Shown piece after piece: positions 39,297-50,926 of a DNA stretch of 64,000 bases. Numbering within the stretch: the stretch's first letter is position 1; each line of letters opens with the position of its first letter. The position numbers and the translations under genes were made by a program. Origin of the DNA: Candidatus Bathyarchaeota archaeon (GTDB lineage: Archaea > Thermoproteota > Bathyarchaeia > Bathyarchaeales > Bathycorpusculaceae); contig CAVZKL010000012.1 of assembly GCA_963775895.1 (NCBI GenBank), positions 1 through 64,000 on the forward strand. Reading direction: 5' to 3'. Under the pieces are notes generated by a model, which saw nothing but the letters and a program-made list of their open reading frames with translations, was not told the DNA's origin and ran no database searches.

Positions 39297-39837
39297 GTGA
39301 ATGAGGTCTTGGAAGCCATAAGAAAAAGACGCACCGTATTAAGGTTTGAGAGCTCCAGCATCGAAGATGACAAAGTTGAAGCAATATTAGAAGCTGGAAG
39401 ATGGTCACCCTCATGGATAAACAAACAGCCTTGGAACTTCATAGTAATCAAGGACCAAAAAACCAAAGAACAACTCAGCGAAGTAGTCCCAACAACCTTC
39501 GTTCAGGGGCTAAAAGAAGCCCCACTCTGCATCGCTGTAACCGTCAACACGGATGAAGACCCATATCACTACATAGAAACCGGAGCAGCGGCAACCCAAA
39601 ACATGGCTCTAGCGGCCTACAGCCTCGGATTACACTCCTCATGGATCGGAGTCTACGACCTCAAGAATCAAAGGAACTCGGCGGAATCAAAGATCAGACA
39701 AATTCTCGGCGTTCCCAAAAACAGCTAGAGTCATTGCAATTCTCCCGATAGGGCTCGCAAAAAACGGCATGCTACCGCAAAAGGACAGGAAACCGCTCGC
39801 ACAATTGGTGTATAAAGAAAAGTTTGGAAAACGATAA
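39297..39837 (+). CDS. Nitroreductase family protein, frameshift near 39720
   Basis: AI.KRRT...F, G.W.PS..N.QPW.FIVI, A.QNM.LAA...GL.S.WIG; second frame VIAILPIG...RKPL. Confidence 0.9.
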
Positions 39838-39942
39838 AGAACTAAACGTACCCATTTCTTCTTCGCGCTCCTATTTTTGAACGTTCTTATCTTGCAACAG
39901 AATCGCTATAGGATGAGAATCACATAAACAACGCCAGCGGCG

Positions 39943-40464
39943 ATGGTCATGGGTTACGCTTCTGTCTGGAAAGTCCTGGAAGAAATGCTGATCGAGTCGC
40001 GTCAAAGGGAACTTCCAATCCCGCCCTCCATCATGGACGACCTGAAAAGCGCAAAGACAGTAATCCGAATGCTCACGGACGATAATCTTGCAGAAAACAT
40101 CCAGAGAATTGAGCAATACCTATTGAATGTAGAATCTTACTTGGTGTCTGAAGGACAGAAAAAATTCGGCCAAGACTACGTTGACAAATGGCTAATCCGA
40201 ATTGATAAGGCCAGCAGAGAAACGCACGATGAAGAACCGAAGAGAACAAGGTTTGTTCCTGGCATTCCGAGACAGCAGAAATGGATTCGCGTGGCTTCAT
40301 CAAAAGAGTTGCCTGTTGAGAGACTAAAAACCATGGCTGAGAAGATGAATATTTGCTGCGAAGTTCAAAAAGACGGCTCGTTGCTAGCGTTCGGTGAAGA
40401 GCAGAAAATCAAAGACTTTGTAAAAAAAATGGCTCTGAAGTACAAAGCGAAGACAGAGAAATAG
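39943..40464 (+). CDS. DUF2096 family protein
   Basis: WKVLEEM..E......IP...M.DL..AKT.I, F.PG.PR..KWIRV. Confidence 0.7.
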   Translation: MVMGYASVWKVLEEMLIESRQRELPIPPSIMDDLKSAKTVIRMLTDDNLAENIQRIEQYLLNVESYLVSEGQKKFGQDYVDKWLIRIDKASRETHDEEPKRTRFVPGIPRQQKWIRVASSKELPVERLKTMAEKMNICCEVQKDGSLLAFGEEQKIKDFVKKMALKYKAKTEK

Positions 40465-40581
40465 CGCGAAAAAGTACATAACGGTTAAAGCCTTATGATG
40501 CGATAAATGCTTTTATTAAAAACTCACAGTACTGTCCCCCTAGGAGAAGTTAACGTTTCGGAACGTGAGGACGCAGGCTGA

Positions 40582-43500
40582 ATGCCTTACATCAAGAAAA
40601 TGGAACTCAAGGGTTTCAAATCCTTCGGTCCTCAAGTGGTCAAGGTCGCCCTAGACAAGGGCTTCACCGCCATAACAGGACCCAACGGAAGCGGCAAAAC
40701 AAACGTGATAGACGCATTTCTGTTCGCGCTAGGCGAGTTGAGCACTCGAAAGCTCCGTGCAGAAACGGCTGCCAAACTCATTTTTCACGGAGCCGAACAA
40801 GCTGGATTAGAAAGGGCGAAGATGGCGAAGGTCATAATCCAGTTTGATAACACGGATGGACGTATGCCCGTGGACACAACAACTGTGACCATATCACGAG
40901 AAGTTTACAGAAATGGGCAAAGCGTCTACAGACTCAACGGGAGAAGAATTTCTCGAGGCACATATCATGGAAATTCTTTCCATGGCTGGTATAAGCTCGA
41001 CCAGTCAGAACATAATATTGCAGGGCACGATAACAAGGCTGACCGACATTACATCGGTCGAACGCAGAAAAATCATTGAAGATCTTATCGGCATCGGCCA
41101 GTACGATGCTGAAAAAGCTGAAGCAGAGGAGAAACTGCGGGCTGCAGACATCTCCATTCGCACTGCCATGGGTAGAATTGATGAAGTGCAGAATCGGCTT
41201 GACGACCTAGAAAAGGAACGCAACGAGCTGCTCAGAGCAAACTTCATACAGAACGAACTGAAACAGCTTGAGGCCATCAAAATCTCGAACGAAATGGCCG
41301 AACTGCAGAAGAAAGTTGGAGAGATGATTTCCCAGCTTGAAAAAGTCAGATCCAGAGTCGACAAACTGAGGCAGGTCCGCGACGACTTCAGGTCGAAGAG
41401 AAGAAACGTTGAAGGAGAATGGCGTAAGCTCAGCTCAGAAATGGTCGAAGAAGGCGGCTCTCAAGTACTGAAAGTGCAAATAACGATCGGAGAACTCAAA
41501 TCAAAACTGACCGAATTGGCGACGAGAATAAGTTCTAACGCGACAAGCCTTGAAGGATTGAAACGCATCCGAGATAAACAACCTTGAACAACACCAAGCG
41601 ATTCAAAAGGAAATCCACGAAAACCGTCTGAGAATAAGACACTTGAAAAGCGAATACGAAGGAATCATGACTCAAATAAGCGACAAACAAAGTGAGCACG
41701 ATACACTCGCGCAAGAAGCAGCGCGGCTGTGGAACGACCTAGGAGAAAATAGCAAGAAAATACGTGAGATCGAACTCAGAATCGACAGCGACAACAAGAG
41801 ACTGCTATTCTTAAGATCAGAATACGTAAAGAACCAGACGGCCATCCGTTCCCGAGAAGGAAGACTCAAGGATCTGAGCAACCGCAAAGACAGGTTTGCC
41901 GGAACACTATCGGAACTTGATGGGTCATATCAAGAGCTTGAGAAAGTTCAGAAGGACCAGAAAACCCAGCTCAAAGAGTTGGAACGTGCCCTTGAAAGAA
42001 GAATCGCCCAGAAGGACGCAGTTGGAAGAGAAATAATAGAAGCAGGCAAGATTGCGGATTCGGCTCGCGAAGCAGTAGTGGAGTTCGCAACGCAGAGAGA
42101 ACTCGCAGAAACCGTTGCTGCCGAAGAGAAAGCTCTTAGAAGCATAGAGGAACTCGGCGATTTAGGCGTCATTCAAGGCGTCTATGGCAGACTGCGCAAT
42201 CTTGCGAAGATCGACAAAAACTACCAGAGAGCGATAGAAGCGGCATCTGTGGGATGGCTCGACGCAGTCGTCGTCAAGGATTTTGACGCGGCGTTCACGT
42301 GCACGGAAACGTTGAGAAGAATGAAGTTGGGAAGGATCAAAATCATTCCCATCGAAGGAGCAGCGACCGCGAAACCCTTGAAAATCCCACAGAAGCAGGG
42401 AATACGTGGCGCAGCCGAAGCCTTCATAAAAACTGAAAGAAACGTGGAACCCGCTGTCCGTTTTGTCTTCGGGGACACGTTGATCGTGGCAGATGATAAA
42501 ACTGGTTTTTCACTATCCAGTCAGGGCTTCCGCACGGTGACTGTTGAAGGAGATCTCTACGAAGTGGGCGGTGCCCAGGAGAGCGGCTACTACCGAGCCC
42601 CAATAGATTTTTCAACGATAATCCCAAGCGAAACAGCCATAAAAAGCTTGGACGAGGCTGTGGGCGCCCTGCAACAGCACCTTTCCCACAGAAACGAGGA
42701 CATAGCCACCCTTGGAGAGGAGATAGACCGAACCCATGTTGACATCGCACGTTTATCCGACGCCATAACGACGCTGGATCGAGAAATAGACCGCGTGAGG
42801 AGAAGCGTCAGGAGAACAAAATCAAACGTCAAACGCGTAGACAGTTACATTTCCAAAGTAACGAAAGAAGTTGAAAGCGAAAAGGCACAGATGTGGATCC
42901 ACAGAGCGGAAAGAAGCTCGATCACGAAGGAGATTCGAAAACTCCAAAATGAACTATCAACCCTTAGAAAGAAGACAGATCCCGGACACATCCAGGAAAT
43001 GGAGGTGACGAGGGAAAAACTGTCAGAAGAAATAATCACCCTTCGGCAAAAGCTTGGCACGAGCCAAACAGAGCTCTCTACGCTTCAGTCTCAATTCGAC
43101 AACGTGTTGAGAGTGGGCTATCAGAACTCGAAAATACAGACCTCAAAAGTGGAAACACAGCTTCGAAGAGTCGAAAAAGAATTACAGGAAGCGCTTCAAA
43201 ATAGAGAAGCACTGAAACAGGAACTCTCTTTGCTTGAGAAAAACAGAGTCGAACTCTCGAAAACAGTCTTCTCAGCGAGAGAGGAAGCAAAGAAATTCAC
43301 AGGCCAAATCGACGACATAGATAAAGAACTCCGCAAACTAGACGCGGAATACGAGCAAGTTGACCGACTGCACAACCAATTGCAGCTGAACTCTCAAACA
43401 TCACTCCTGCAACTTGAACAGTACCGAAACCAGCTCAGGATGTTCGGGCACGAACAACCGTTGACCGTCACACCCAGACAGGTGGAAGAAGCAGAAATAT

Positions 43501-44135
43501 CCATGAAAATGATGCAACTTGAAATGGAAAGAATAGGAGCAGTTAACCAGCTCGCACTTTCGCACTACGCAGACCAGATTTCACGATACAAAGAACTTTC
43601 AATGAGAATGAACGAACTTGAAAAGGAAAAGCAAGCGATCCTGCAGTTCATGGATGAAATAGAACAGAAAAAACGCAAAGTGTTCATGGACGCTTTTGCA
43701 AAAATCGACCAGAAACTCAAGAGTTACTTCGCGAAGCTCACAGGCGGCGGAGTGGCTACTTTGACGCTGGAGAACATCGAAGAACCCTTCACCGGCGGCA
43801 TAGACATGATCGTGCAGTTTCCCAACAAACCTTCAATAGTCGTAAGCGGAGCCAGCGGAGGTGAACGCTCGGTTTCGGCCGTCTCGTTCCTTTTCGCGTT
43901 GAAAGAGTTCACACCGGCGAGCTTCTACATACTGGACGAGATCGATGCGCACTTAGACGCTTTCCACGTTTCAAAACTGGGTGACCTTCTTTTGCAAGAG
44001 GCTGACAAAACCCAGTTCATCGTAATAACACTGAAACCTGAAATGGTCAACAAAGCGCAGAGGGTTTACGGAGCCTATATGCAGAATGGAGTATCAAACA
44101 TGATTTCAGCGAAACTCGTGGAGGCAACCAACTAA
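40582..44135 (+). CDS. smc: SMC chromosome segregation ATPase; two +1 indels (about 40958 and 41578)
   Basis: GFKSF, GPNGSGKTN Walker A, Q-loop LQG, hinge GVYG.L, SGGERS signature, ILDEIDAHLD. Confidence 0.97.
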
Positions 44136-44836
44136 TGTCATCCACGTCCATGAAGAAACCGTTCTACTTGTTTCCACCATGGAACGTACTGTTCGAATTC
44201 AACAAACTCGAAAAACTAACGCCATGGAACGTCAATATCGCATATCTGCTAACATCTTTTCTTGAAAACATGAATAAGACTGGCCAAGTGGACTTCAGAG
44301 CCTCAGGCGTAGCTCTTGATTCCTCGGCGCTCATCTACCTAATGAAGTCAAGACTTCTACTGAAACTCGAAGAAGCGCCGCCACCGCCCAAACCTCCTTT
44401 GGACTTCCTTCCTCCATCCCTGTTTTTGCCTTTAAGACACGAACTCACGTCAACGACGATCCGAAACCTGTTGGAAGTGTTAGACGAAGTTCTCAAGGGA
44501 GAGCAGCTTCTTCGCCCCATGAAGCCTGTGGAAGAAAACATCCTGCCATCACCCTCGGATCTGCTTCCTCAAATGGACTTATACCTCATGCAGATCGAGG
44601 TTCAGATGGAAAAACTCTACGCCTCTCTTTCAGACAGAGTGAAAGGCACTGGCATCGTCGAGTTCTCAACGATGATCAGAGGCTTGGGACGACTCGAAGC
44701 CATTCGCACATTCATTCTCTTACTGTTCTTAGCTCAGGAGGGCAAAGTCAGTCTGTGGCAAAATGAAGAGACCGAAGAAATCTACATAACGGTTGGTGAT
44801 CTGAAACTTGGAGCAAACGGAGAGAGAGCCACTTAG
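44135..44836 (+). CDS. scpA: Kleisin ScpA
   Basis: PW.V.I..L...FL, G.AL..S..IY..KS, TF..LLFLA..G.V.LWQ; follows smc. Confidence 0.9.
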   Translation: MSSTSMKKPFYLFPPWNVLFEFNKLEKLTPWNVNIAYLLTSFLENMNKTGQVDFRASGVALDSSALIYLMKSRLLLKLEEAPPPPKPPLDFLPPSLFLPLRHELTSTTIRNLLEVLDEVLKGEQLLRPMKPVEENILPSPSDLLPQMDLYLMQIEVQMEKLYASLSDRVKGTGIVEFSTMIRGLGRLEAIRTFILLLFLAQEGKVSLWQNEETEEIYITVGDLKLGANGERAT

Positions 44837-45416
44837 CCTAAGTGACGAAGAAAAGGAAGAGCATGCTCAAGGGAAGGCAAATGACCTGTCCCTAGTGGAA
44901 GCAGCGCTCTACGTGGCAGGGCGACCACTGGACCTGAACGAACTCTGTTCCGTTCTGAAGACCCGATCAAAAAACAGGGCTAGGAAAACTCTCACGGCGC
45001 TTATGCAGGAGTACACAAACAGAAAGACAGCCCTTGAGATCCTCGAGCTAAAGGATGAAAGGTTTGTACTTCAGTTGAAAGGCGAGTTTACGCCTCTCGT
45101 CAAGAAATTCGTGAATAGACCGTTGATTTCGACGGGTCCCCTGAAGACGCTTTCCTACATAGCTTACAGACAGCCCATTTCTCAGAAGAGAGTCATCGAC
45201 GTAAGAGGCCATCACGCCTACGGTCACATAAAATTGCTGAGAGAAATGGGTTTGATTGCAGGTGAAAGGAATGGACGCTCGACGCTGCTTAGAACCACGG
45301 AGTATTTTGCGGACTATTTTGGGCTAAGCTTGGACACGGCGTCAATGAAAAGAGAACTGAAGCATGTTTTTGAAGAATTTCCCAAGCAAGATCGTCCCGT
45401 GTCGAACAACGGATAG
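44808..45416 (+). CDS. scpB: ScpB
   Basis: VEAALYVAG.PL, LKTLSYIAY.QPI, RG, L.TT..F.DYFGL. Confidence 0.95.
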   Translation: MEQTEREPLSLSDEEKEEHAQGKANDLSLVEAALYVAGRPLDLNELCSVLKTRSKNRARKTLTALMQEYTNRKTALEILELKDERFVLQLKGEFTPLVKKFVNRPLISTGPLKTLSYIAYRQPISQKRVIDVRGHHAYGHIKLLREMGLIAGERNGRSTLLRTTEYFADYFGLSLDTASMKRELKHVFEEFPKQDRPVSNNG

Positions 45417-45478
45417 GCTTATATTTGGAAGAACGTTCTTACTGAACACCCAAAATCCAACAAGGCGGGATAATCAGA

Positions 45479-45874
45479 ATGTCTGTATGGAACGGCGACA
45501 TGCGCAAACAAAAGGCATCGGGTGGAAGGAAACACGCTTATCGAAAGAAGAGGAAGTTTGAACAAGGCACATTCTCCGCTGAAACTCTGATGGGAGAACA
45601 AAAAAGAAAATTCGTAAGGGGAAGAGGTGGAAACCTCAAGATCAAAATCTTGGCTGAGAAGCAAGTGTGCATCACCGACCCCAAGACGAGAAAAACAGAG
45701 AAGACCGAAGTGTTGAGAGTCGTCAAGAACCCCGCGAACATCGATTACAATCGCCGGGGAGTAATCACGAAAGGCGCCGTGGTCGAAACACCTCTCGGTC
45801 AAGCAAGAATAACCTCTCGGCCTGGGCAGCATGGAATTCTCAACGCAGTTCTAATTAGCACGGAAAAAAGTTAA
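45479..45874 (+). CDS. rps8e: 30S ribosomal protein S8e
   Basis: RGRGGN.K, V..NPAN..Y.RR..ITKGA, TSRPGQ.G..NAVL. Confidence 0.98.
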   Translation: MSVWNGDMRKQKASGGRKHAYRKKRKFEQGTFSAETLMGEQKRKFVRGRGGNLKIKILAEKQVCITDPKTRKTEKTEVLRVVKNPANIDYNRRGVITKGAVVETPLGQARITSRPGQHGILNAVLISTEKS

Positions 45875-45879
45875 GCACC

Positions 45880-46182
45880 CTATTTTGCCTGAGTGACGAC
45901 CGACCGCATTTTCAGAACCTGTTTTCCGATCATCGTTATAGTCTGGCTTTTTGATCCCTTCTTTTCAACAAGCAGCATCCCCGTTTTGATCCACGGCGTC
46001 TTGGAATAACCGGCGTCTGGGACCAGCTCGCAGACGAGCCCGAGTTTTTCGGCTGCTTCTTTCACTTCGGTGATTCTTGGAATAGCAACCGAGAGACTTT
46101 TTGGAACTCGCCTTCCGTCGAGTCTGCTTCTTGACGAGTCGAAGTACGCAGGCCAGATGATTATTTTGTCTTGTTTTCGCAT
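45880..46182 (-). CDS. srp19: SRP19
   Basis: IIWPAYFDS..SR..GRRVPK. Confidence 0.95.
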   Translation of the reverse strand: MRKQDKIIIWPAYFDSSRSRLDGRRVPKSLSVAIPRITEVKEAAEKLGLVCELVPDAGYSKTPWIKTGMLLVEKKGSKSQTITMIGKQVLKMRSVVTQAK

Positions 46183-46197
46183 GTTTTCATCTCAAAG

Positions 46198-47953
46198 TTA
46201 TTTCTGAGCAAAGTAGGCGGTCAACTCTTTGTTTGCCTGATCGATTCTCACGAAGCCGAATCGCTCGAACTGCACTATATCGCCGGGTTTGAGCCGTCTG
46301 CAGACGCCCTCGGCAACTCCGTCGACGACGGTTGAATCAGGCATCACTACCCTACATGGAAAGTCGTTTCCCAGCGGTATCCAGTGAATCAGCTGCGCTT
46401 TCGCTTCTCGCGCTTCTTCATAGGATTCACTGACGAAAACGGCGTCGGCCGAGTACACGTTGGCCTTCACGATCGTGACGTTGAAGAGCTCCATCAGACG
46501 GAGCATTGTTCCCACTTTCGACTCGTCAACATCTTCCCTTGAAACCCAAAAAAGCGCCGAATCGCCGTTTCGCTTAGGTTGCACCGTGTAAGTCCTGAAC
46601 CCTCTTTCGGGATGATCAGGGTGCAAGCCAAGTTTCACATTGAAGGTTCTTGGAACCTTTCTCACCGTTAACTCGATTGGGTTTTGCACGAAGAAGTACC
46701 TGTCCGTCAATGGATCCAGTGTTTTGCGGTTGTAAGCGTAAAGGTTCTCCCAGCTCAGAATCACGTCGGAAGTCTTCGGTCCCACGTCTATTATCATTTT
46801 TTTAATGGCTTCAGGCTGGATGCCTCGCCTTCTCAAAGCCGCGAAAGTTGCCAGCCGAGGATCATCCCAACTGTTGTAGCGTCCCTCCCGCATTCCCTGA
46901 ATGATCTTGGACTTGCTCAAAGTGGCTCCTGTAATCTTCAACCGTCCGTAATGGATGGCTTCGGGATACTTCCATCCTAGGTGCCGATACATGTATTCTT
47001 GTCGAACCTCGTTGGTGAGGTGCTCTTTGCCTCGAATTATATGGGTTATGCCCATAAGATGATCGTCCACCCCACTGGCAAGATTGTAGAGTGGCCAGAC
47101 CTTGTATTTGCTTCCGACTCTCGGATGTGGGAATTTTTCTGTGTCGATGACTCGGGCAGCGGGCCAGTCACGGACCGCTGGATTCGGATGTTTCAGGTCG
47201 GTCTTGACTCGAAGCACCGCTTCTCCCTCTTTGTACCCGCCTTCAAGCATCCGTTTCCAACGTGTTAGATTCTCTTTCATAGAAAGATTACGACAGTCAC
47301 ACGGCTTCTGGTCAAGTATTTTCTTCCGAAAATCCTCAGGTTTACACGTGCAAACGTAAGCGTTCCCATCCTTCAGCAACTTTTCAGCATACTCGTAGTA
47401 TATCGGGATTCGGTCACTCTGAATGTACTCCTCGTCTGCCTTACACTCAAGCCAAGCCAGATCCTTTCGGATTTCATCGTAGAACTCGAGAACGGGCCGC
47501 TTGATTTTGGGGTCGGTGTCTTCGAACCGCAACAGAAACTTGCCTCTGTAGATCCTTGCATACTCGTGACAGAGCACAATCGCCCTTGCTGAGCCCAGAT
47601 GCAGCACACAGTCGGGGTTGGGCGCGTAACGCGTGACTACTTGAGCATACTTGTCAGCATTTGGCAGTGGGGGGAGACGTTTTTCTTCTGCTTTCTCCTT
47701 TACCAGAGTCTCGGGCCACTTTTCTTCGACGATGCGCTTCTGCTCATCGAGCGAAAGGCTGTTAACCTCTCTCACGATCTCGTTGATTAAAGAAGATAAT
47801 TCCTTGACGTTGTCCTCTGTATTCCGGTTTTTCACCCAGTATCTTTCCAACGACGGGACCTGTCTGCGCCTTACCGTCGTGTTTGACCGCGTTCAGCAAG
47901 GCGGACTTGCGAATAGACTCCTTCAGGCCAGCGTCTTCTTTGGGGTTCAACAT
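46198..47953 (-). CDS. gltX: Glutamyl-tRNA synthetase (archaeal type); +1 indel near 47816
   Basis: AL.NA..H.GKA N-terminus, R.APNP...LHLG, RFEDTDP, THIIRGKEH, LSKS, QFERFGF. Confidence 0.97.
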
Positions 47954-47962
47954 TCCTTCACT

Positions 47963-49033
47963 CTAGATTTTTCTCTCAATCAAAAAGTCTGCGAAGGCTT
48001 TTAGTTTTTCCTTCCCCAACGAGGTTGGCAGAAGTTTATCAACTTCGCTCCAACTTTTTTTGACCATCATCCTCGCTGTTTGTCTCGAATAGTCGATTGA
48101 GCCGTACTTCTGCATGATGCCTATCGCCTCTTCTTTCAGAGAGAGATCCGAAGTGTGCATGTTGAGGATCACGATTAACCGTTTTCTGTCTTGCGGCTTC
48201 GCAACCTTCAAAGTACGGATCACTGGCAAACTGCGCTTCCCTTCAGTGATGTCTTGTCCCCTTCCCCCCTTTTTTTCCGCAAATCGCTCGCTTGTTAGGT
48301 CAAGAATGTCGTCTTGGATTTGGAACGCAACGCCTACGCTCTCAGCGTAACGACCAAGCTTGTCGACAAGCTCTTCCTGTGCGTCGGCGAGCACGCCTGC
48401 GATTTTGGCAGACATTCGTGCCAAGGTTCCCGTCTTGTAAGCACACATCTGCAAGTAATCCTCTTCGCTAATCCGGTCTGCGTTCGCTAGACCTCTGTGC
48501 CACGCTATGTCTGTTGCCTGGCCAAGGCTTAGGTTGATCATTTCCCGCGCGTATATTTCGTATATCATGCTCATCGTTCGAGGTGACAGATCTTTCCTTC
48601 TTTCAATCAACGACAGTAGAGGCAGATAGTACATCGCGTTCCCCGCGTTGATGGCTATGTCTGATCCGTAGATCTTGTAGGTGCAGGCTTTTCCTCGGCG
48701 AAGTTCAGAAGCGTCTTCTACGTCGTCGACCATAAGAGTCCCGTTATGGATTATCTCGGGAATCACCGCAAAATCGACATAGTCGTCGGATTTTTTCCCC
48801 AATGCCTCACACACGAGAAGAAACAGAGTTGGCCGCCACCTTTTGCCCCCTCTGTCAAGAAACTCCCATATTGGCTCCGCAACTGCCTTGTTCAAGGCTT
48901 CGAGGTTATATGAAAACCTTGGGGGATTCAGCTTGAAGATGAGAGCATTCTTTGAGAAGACTCGGGGAATATATTTTTCTGCAGCCCTGTTGATGATCGG
49001 TGCTTTCTCCTCGAGGATTCGTTCAATGTCCAA
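47963..49033 (-). CDS. Polyprenyl (geranylgeranyl) diphosphate synthase
   Basis: GGKRWRP, VDDVED...RRG, KTG.L, FQIQDDILD, DITEGK. Confidence 0.95.
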   Translation of the reverse strand: MDIERILEEKAPIINRAAEKYIPRVFSKNALIFKLNPPRFSYNLEALNKAVAEPIWEFLDRGGKRWRPTLFLLVCEALGKKSDDYVDFAVIPEIIHNGTLMVDDVEDASELRRGKACTYKIYGSDIAINAGNAMYYLPLLSLIERRKDLSPRTMSMIYEIYAREMINLSLGQATDIAWHRGLANADRISEEDYLQMCAYKTGTLARMSAKIAGVLADAQEELVDKLGRYAESVGVAFQIQDDILDLTSERFAEKKGGRGQDITEGKRSLPVIRTLKVAKPQDRKRLIVILNMHTSDLSLKEEAIGIMQKYGSIDYSRQTARMMVKKSWSEVDKLLPTSLGKEKLKAFADFLIERKI

Positions 49034-49047
49034 CGTTTGACACTTCC

Positions 49048-50124
49048 TTACCTCTGCGCATAGCTCTCAGGTCTGAAGCCTCTCACGCGCAGCCACTCAT
49101 TAGTCTTTCCCGTGACAACCAACGGGGCTCTGCGTAACTGCTCAACAGAACCCGCCCCAACGAGGAACATGACGTTTCTAAGCTCGTCCATAATCAACGA
49201 AAGCTTGAGACAGGTTTTCTGCGTGCCTTTAACTGCTGATTGAAGAATCGGTTGGGAAAAACTCGTCAGACTAGCCCCTAAGGATAGACATTTCGCAGCA
49301 TCGACACCACTGCGGACTCCTCCTGACGCGATCACTGGAATTTTGACTGATTGACAGACTTCAACTATGCTCGCGACGGTCGGGATCCCCCAGTCCCAAA
49401 ACACGGCGCCCAAGCCGTGTCTAAAACGGTAGTGTTCAACGGCTGCAAAACTGGTTCCTCCAGCGCCGCTCACGTCAATCCCTTTCACTTCAGCGGCTTC
49501 AAGTTCCTTAGCCTCGCCACTGGAAATACCTGCGCCCGTCTCTTTCGCTATGATAGGCTTGTCCAGTTCGTCGGCAATTTCGTTTATGCGTTCAAGAATT
49601 CCTCGAAAGTTGGTCTGCCCTTCTGGCTGCGCCGTCTCCTGCAAAGCGTTTAAGTGTATTGCCAAAGCGTCCGCGTCTATCATTTCCACGGCTTTCCTTG
49701 CTTCTTTCAACCCGTAACCGTTCACCAACTGTACGCCGCCAATGTTTGCAATGAGGAATGCTTTCGGAGCCTTCTTTCTGGCGATTGCGAAGGTTCTTTC
49801 AAGCTTCTTGTCGTCGATTGCTGCGCGTTGACTGCCTACGCCCATTCCGAGTCCAAGCTCTTCCACAGCTTCAGCGATGGTTGCGTTGATCTTCTCGGCC
49901 TCAATGGTTCCGCCCGTTATGGCGCCGACGATGACTGGCGCAGCGAAATTGTGCCCAAAAACCCTTGTTGAAAGGTCGATGTCCTTTCTGTCGACTTCGG
50001 GCAAAGCCCTGTGCACAAAACTTACGTCCTCGAACCCTGCGGTAACGTTCTTTGACTGAACATTATGGTTCAATGCGATTCTGATGTGATCCGTCTTGCG
50101 CTTTGCAGTTTCTTCCGACAACAA
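49048..50124 (-). CDS. fni: Type 2 isopentenyl-diphosphate isomerase
   Basis: RK.DHI, TGG, GVGSQR, HLN.LQE..QPEG, KETG.G, G.GGTS, WGIPT, ASGG.RSG. Confidence 0.97.
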   Translation of the reverse strand: MLSEETAKRKTDHIRIALNHNVQSKNVTAGFEDVSFVHRALPEVDRKDIDLSTRVFGHNFAAPVIVGAITGGTIEAEKINATIAEAVEELGLGMGVGSQRAAIDDKKLERTFAIARKKAPKAFLIANIGGVQLVNGYGLKEARKAVEMIDADALAIHLNALQETAQPEGQTNFRGILERINEIADELDKPIIAKETGAGISSGEAKELEAAEVKGIDVSGAGGTSFAAVEHYRFRHGLGAVFWDWGIPTVASIVEVCQSVKIPVIASGGVRSGVDAAKCLSLGASLTSFSQPILQSAVKGTQKTCLKLSLIMDELRNVMFLVGAGSVEQLRRAPLVVTGKTNEWLRVRGFRPESYAQR

Positions 50125-50125
50125 C

Positions 50126-50926
50126 CTATTCCTTCTCCACCTTTGTACCTCTAACAGTCTCCCCTTGAAGAGCCTTGTAGACGTAGCGTGGTTTCGAAGC
50201 GTTAACGATTAGGACTGGGATGTTCTTTTCGACAGCTGGAATCAACTCAGCGATCTTGCCTGGCATGCCGCCTGTGACGTCTCGGGTGGTGGTTTTTGCA
50301 GTTTTGCCCTGAAGTTTCTTCAATTCCTGAAGCGTCATACGTTCAAACATTTTCGCTGCCTTCTCAGCTTTCGGGTCAGCATCATAGATCCCGTCTTCGT
50401 CTACACCGATTACGATGCGGTTTGCGTTGAATCGAATGGCGAGCGTTGAAACGAGCTGATCTCCAGACAGTATGGTGAACCCCAGTTTCGTGTCGAACAC
50501 CGCGTCTCCGTAGAGGACGGGAGTGAAGTTCATCTTCAACAACGTTCTCAGTGAAGCATCTTCGAACATTTTGATGCGACCGTTCTCTGTGATTATGCAT
50601 GATGACGGCGTGATGCTCATGGCTGGAACGTTGTGCCAGATCAGCGCGTCCATGAAAAGTCCGTTGAGCACTGTCATGTAGTGATGGGTCTCAGAGAAAC
50701 CGATCTTTTGACCCTCCTCTTTGTAACCGTCCTTGATCGCGTAGCGTTCGGCTACGGGATGTCCAAAGCTTCCGCCGCCGTGGACGATTATGAGGTTCTT
50801 CACGTTCGCCTCCTGTATCTCCTGCGTCAGTCTGTCTATTTCACCGGTCTTGGCGGCCAGTTCTCCGCTCTTGTCTGTTATCACTGAACCGCCGATTTTC
50901 AGCACAGTGGCTCTAGGTTCGCTCAA
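50126..50926 (-). CDS. ipk: Isopentenyl phosphate kinase
   Basis: LKIGGSVITDK, VHGGGSFGH, LYGD, SGD, DVTGGM..K. Confidence 0.95.
   Translation of the reverse strand: MSEPRATVLKIGGSVITDKSGELAAKTGEIDRLTQEIQEANVKNLIIVHGGGSFGHPVAERYAIKDGYKEEGQKIGFSETHHYMTVLNGLFMDALIWHNVPAMSITPSSCIITENGRIKMFEDASLRTLLKMNFTPVLYGDAVFDTKLGFTILSGDQLVSTLAIRFNANRIVIGVDEDGIYDADPKAEKAAKMFERMTLQELKKLQGKTAKTTTRDVTGGMPGKIAELIPAVEKNIPVLIVNASKPRYVYKALQGETVRGTKVEKE

Noticed and set aside
45874-46200. SRP (7S) RNA near srp19
   Set aside because: Flanking gaps are only 5 and 15 bp, and no SRP helix 8 motif was seen
40582-47953. Programmed frameshifting or split genes in smc and gltX
   Set aside because: No slippery heptamer or stimulatory structure is evident, and the same single-base duplication pattern occurs window-wide, so error is more likely
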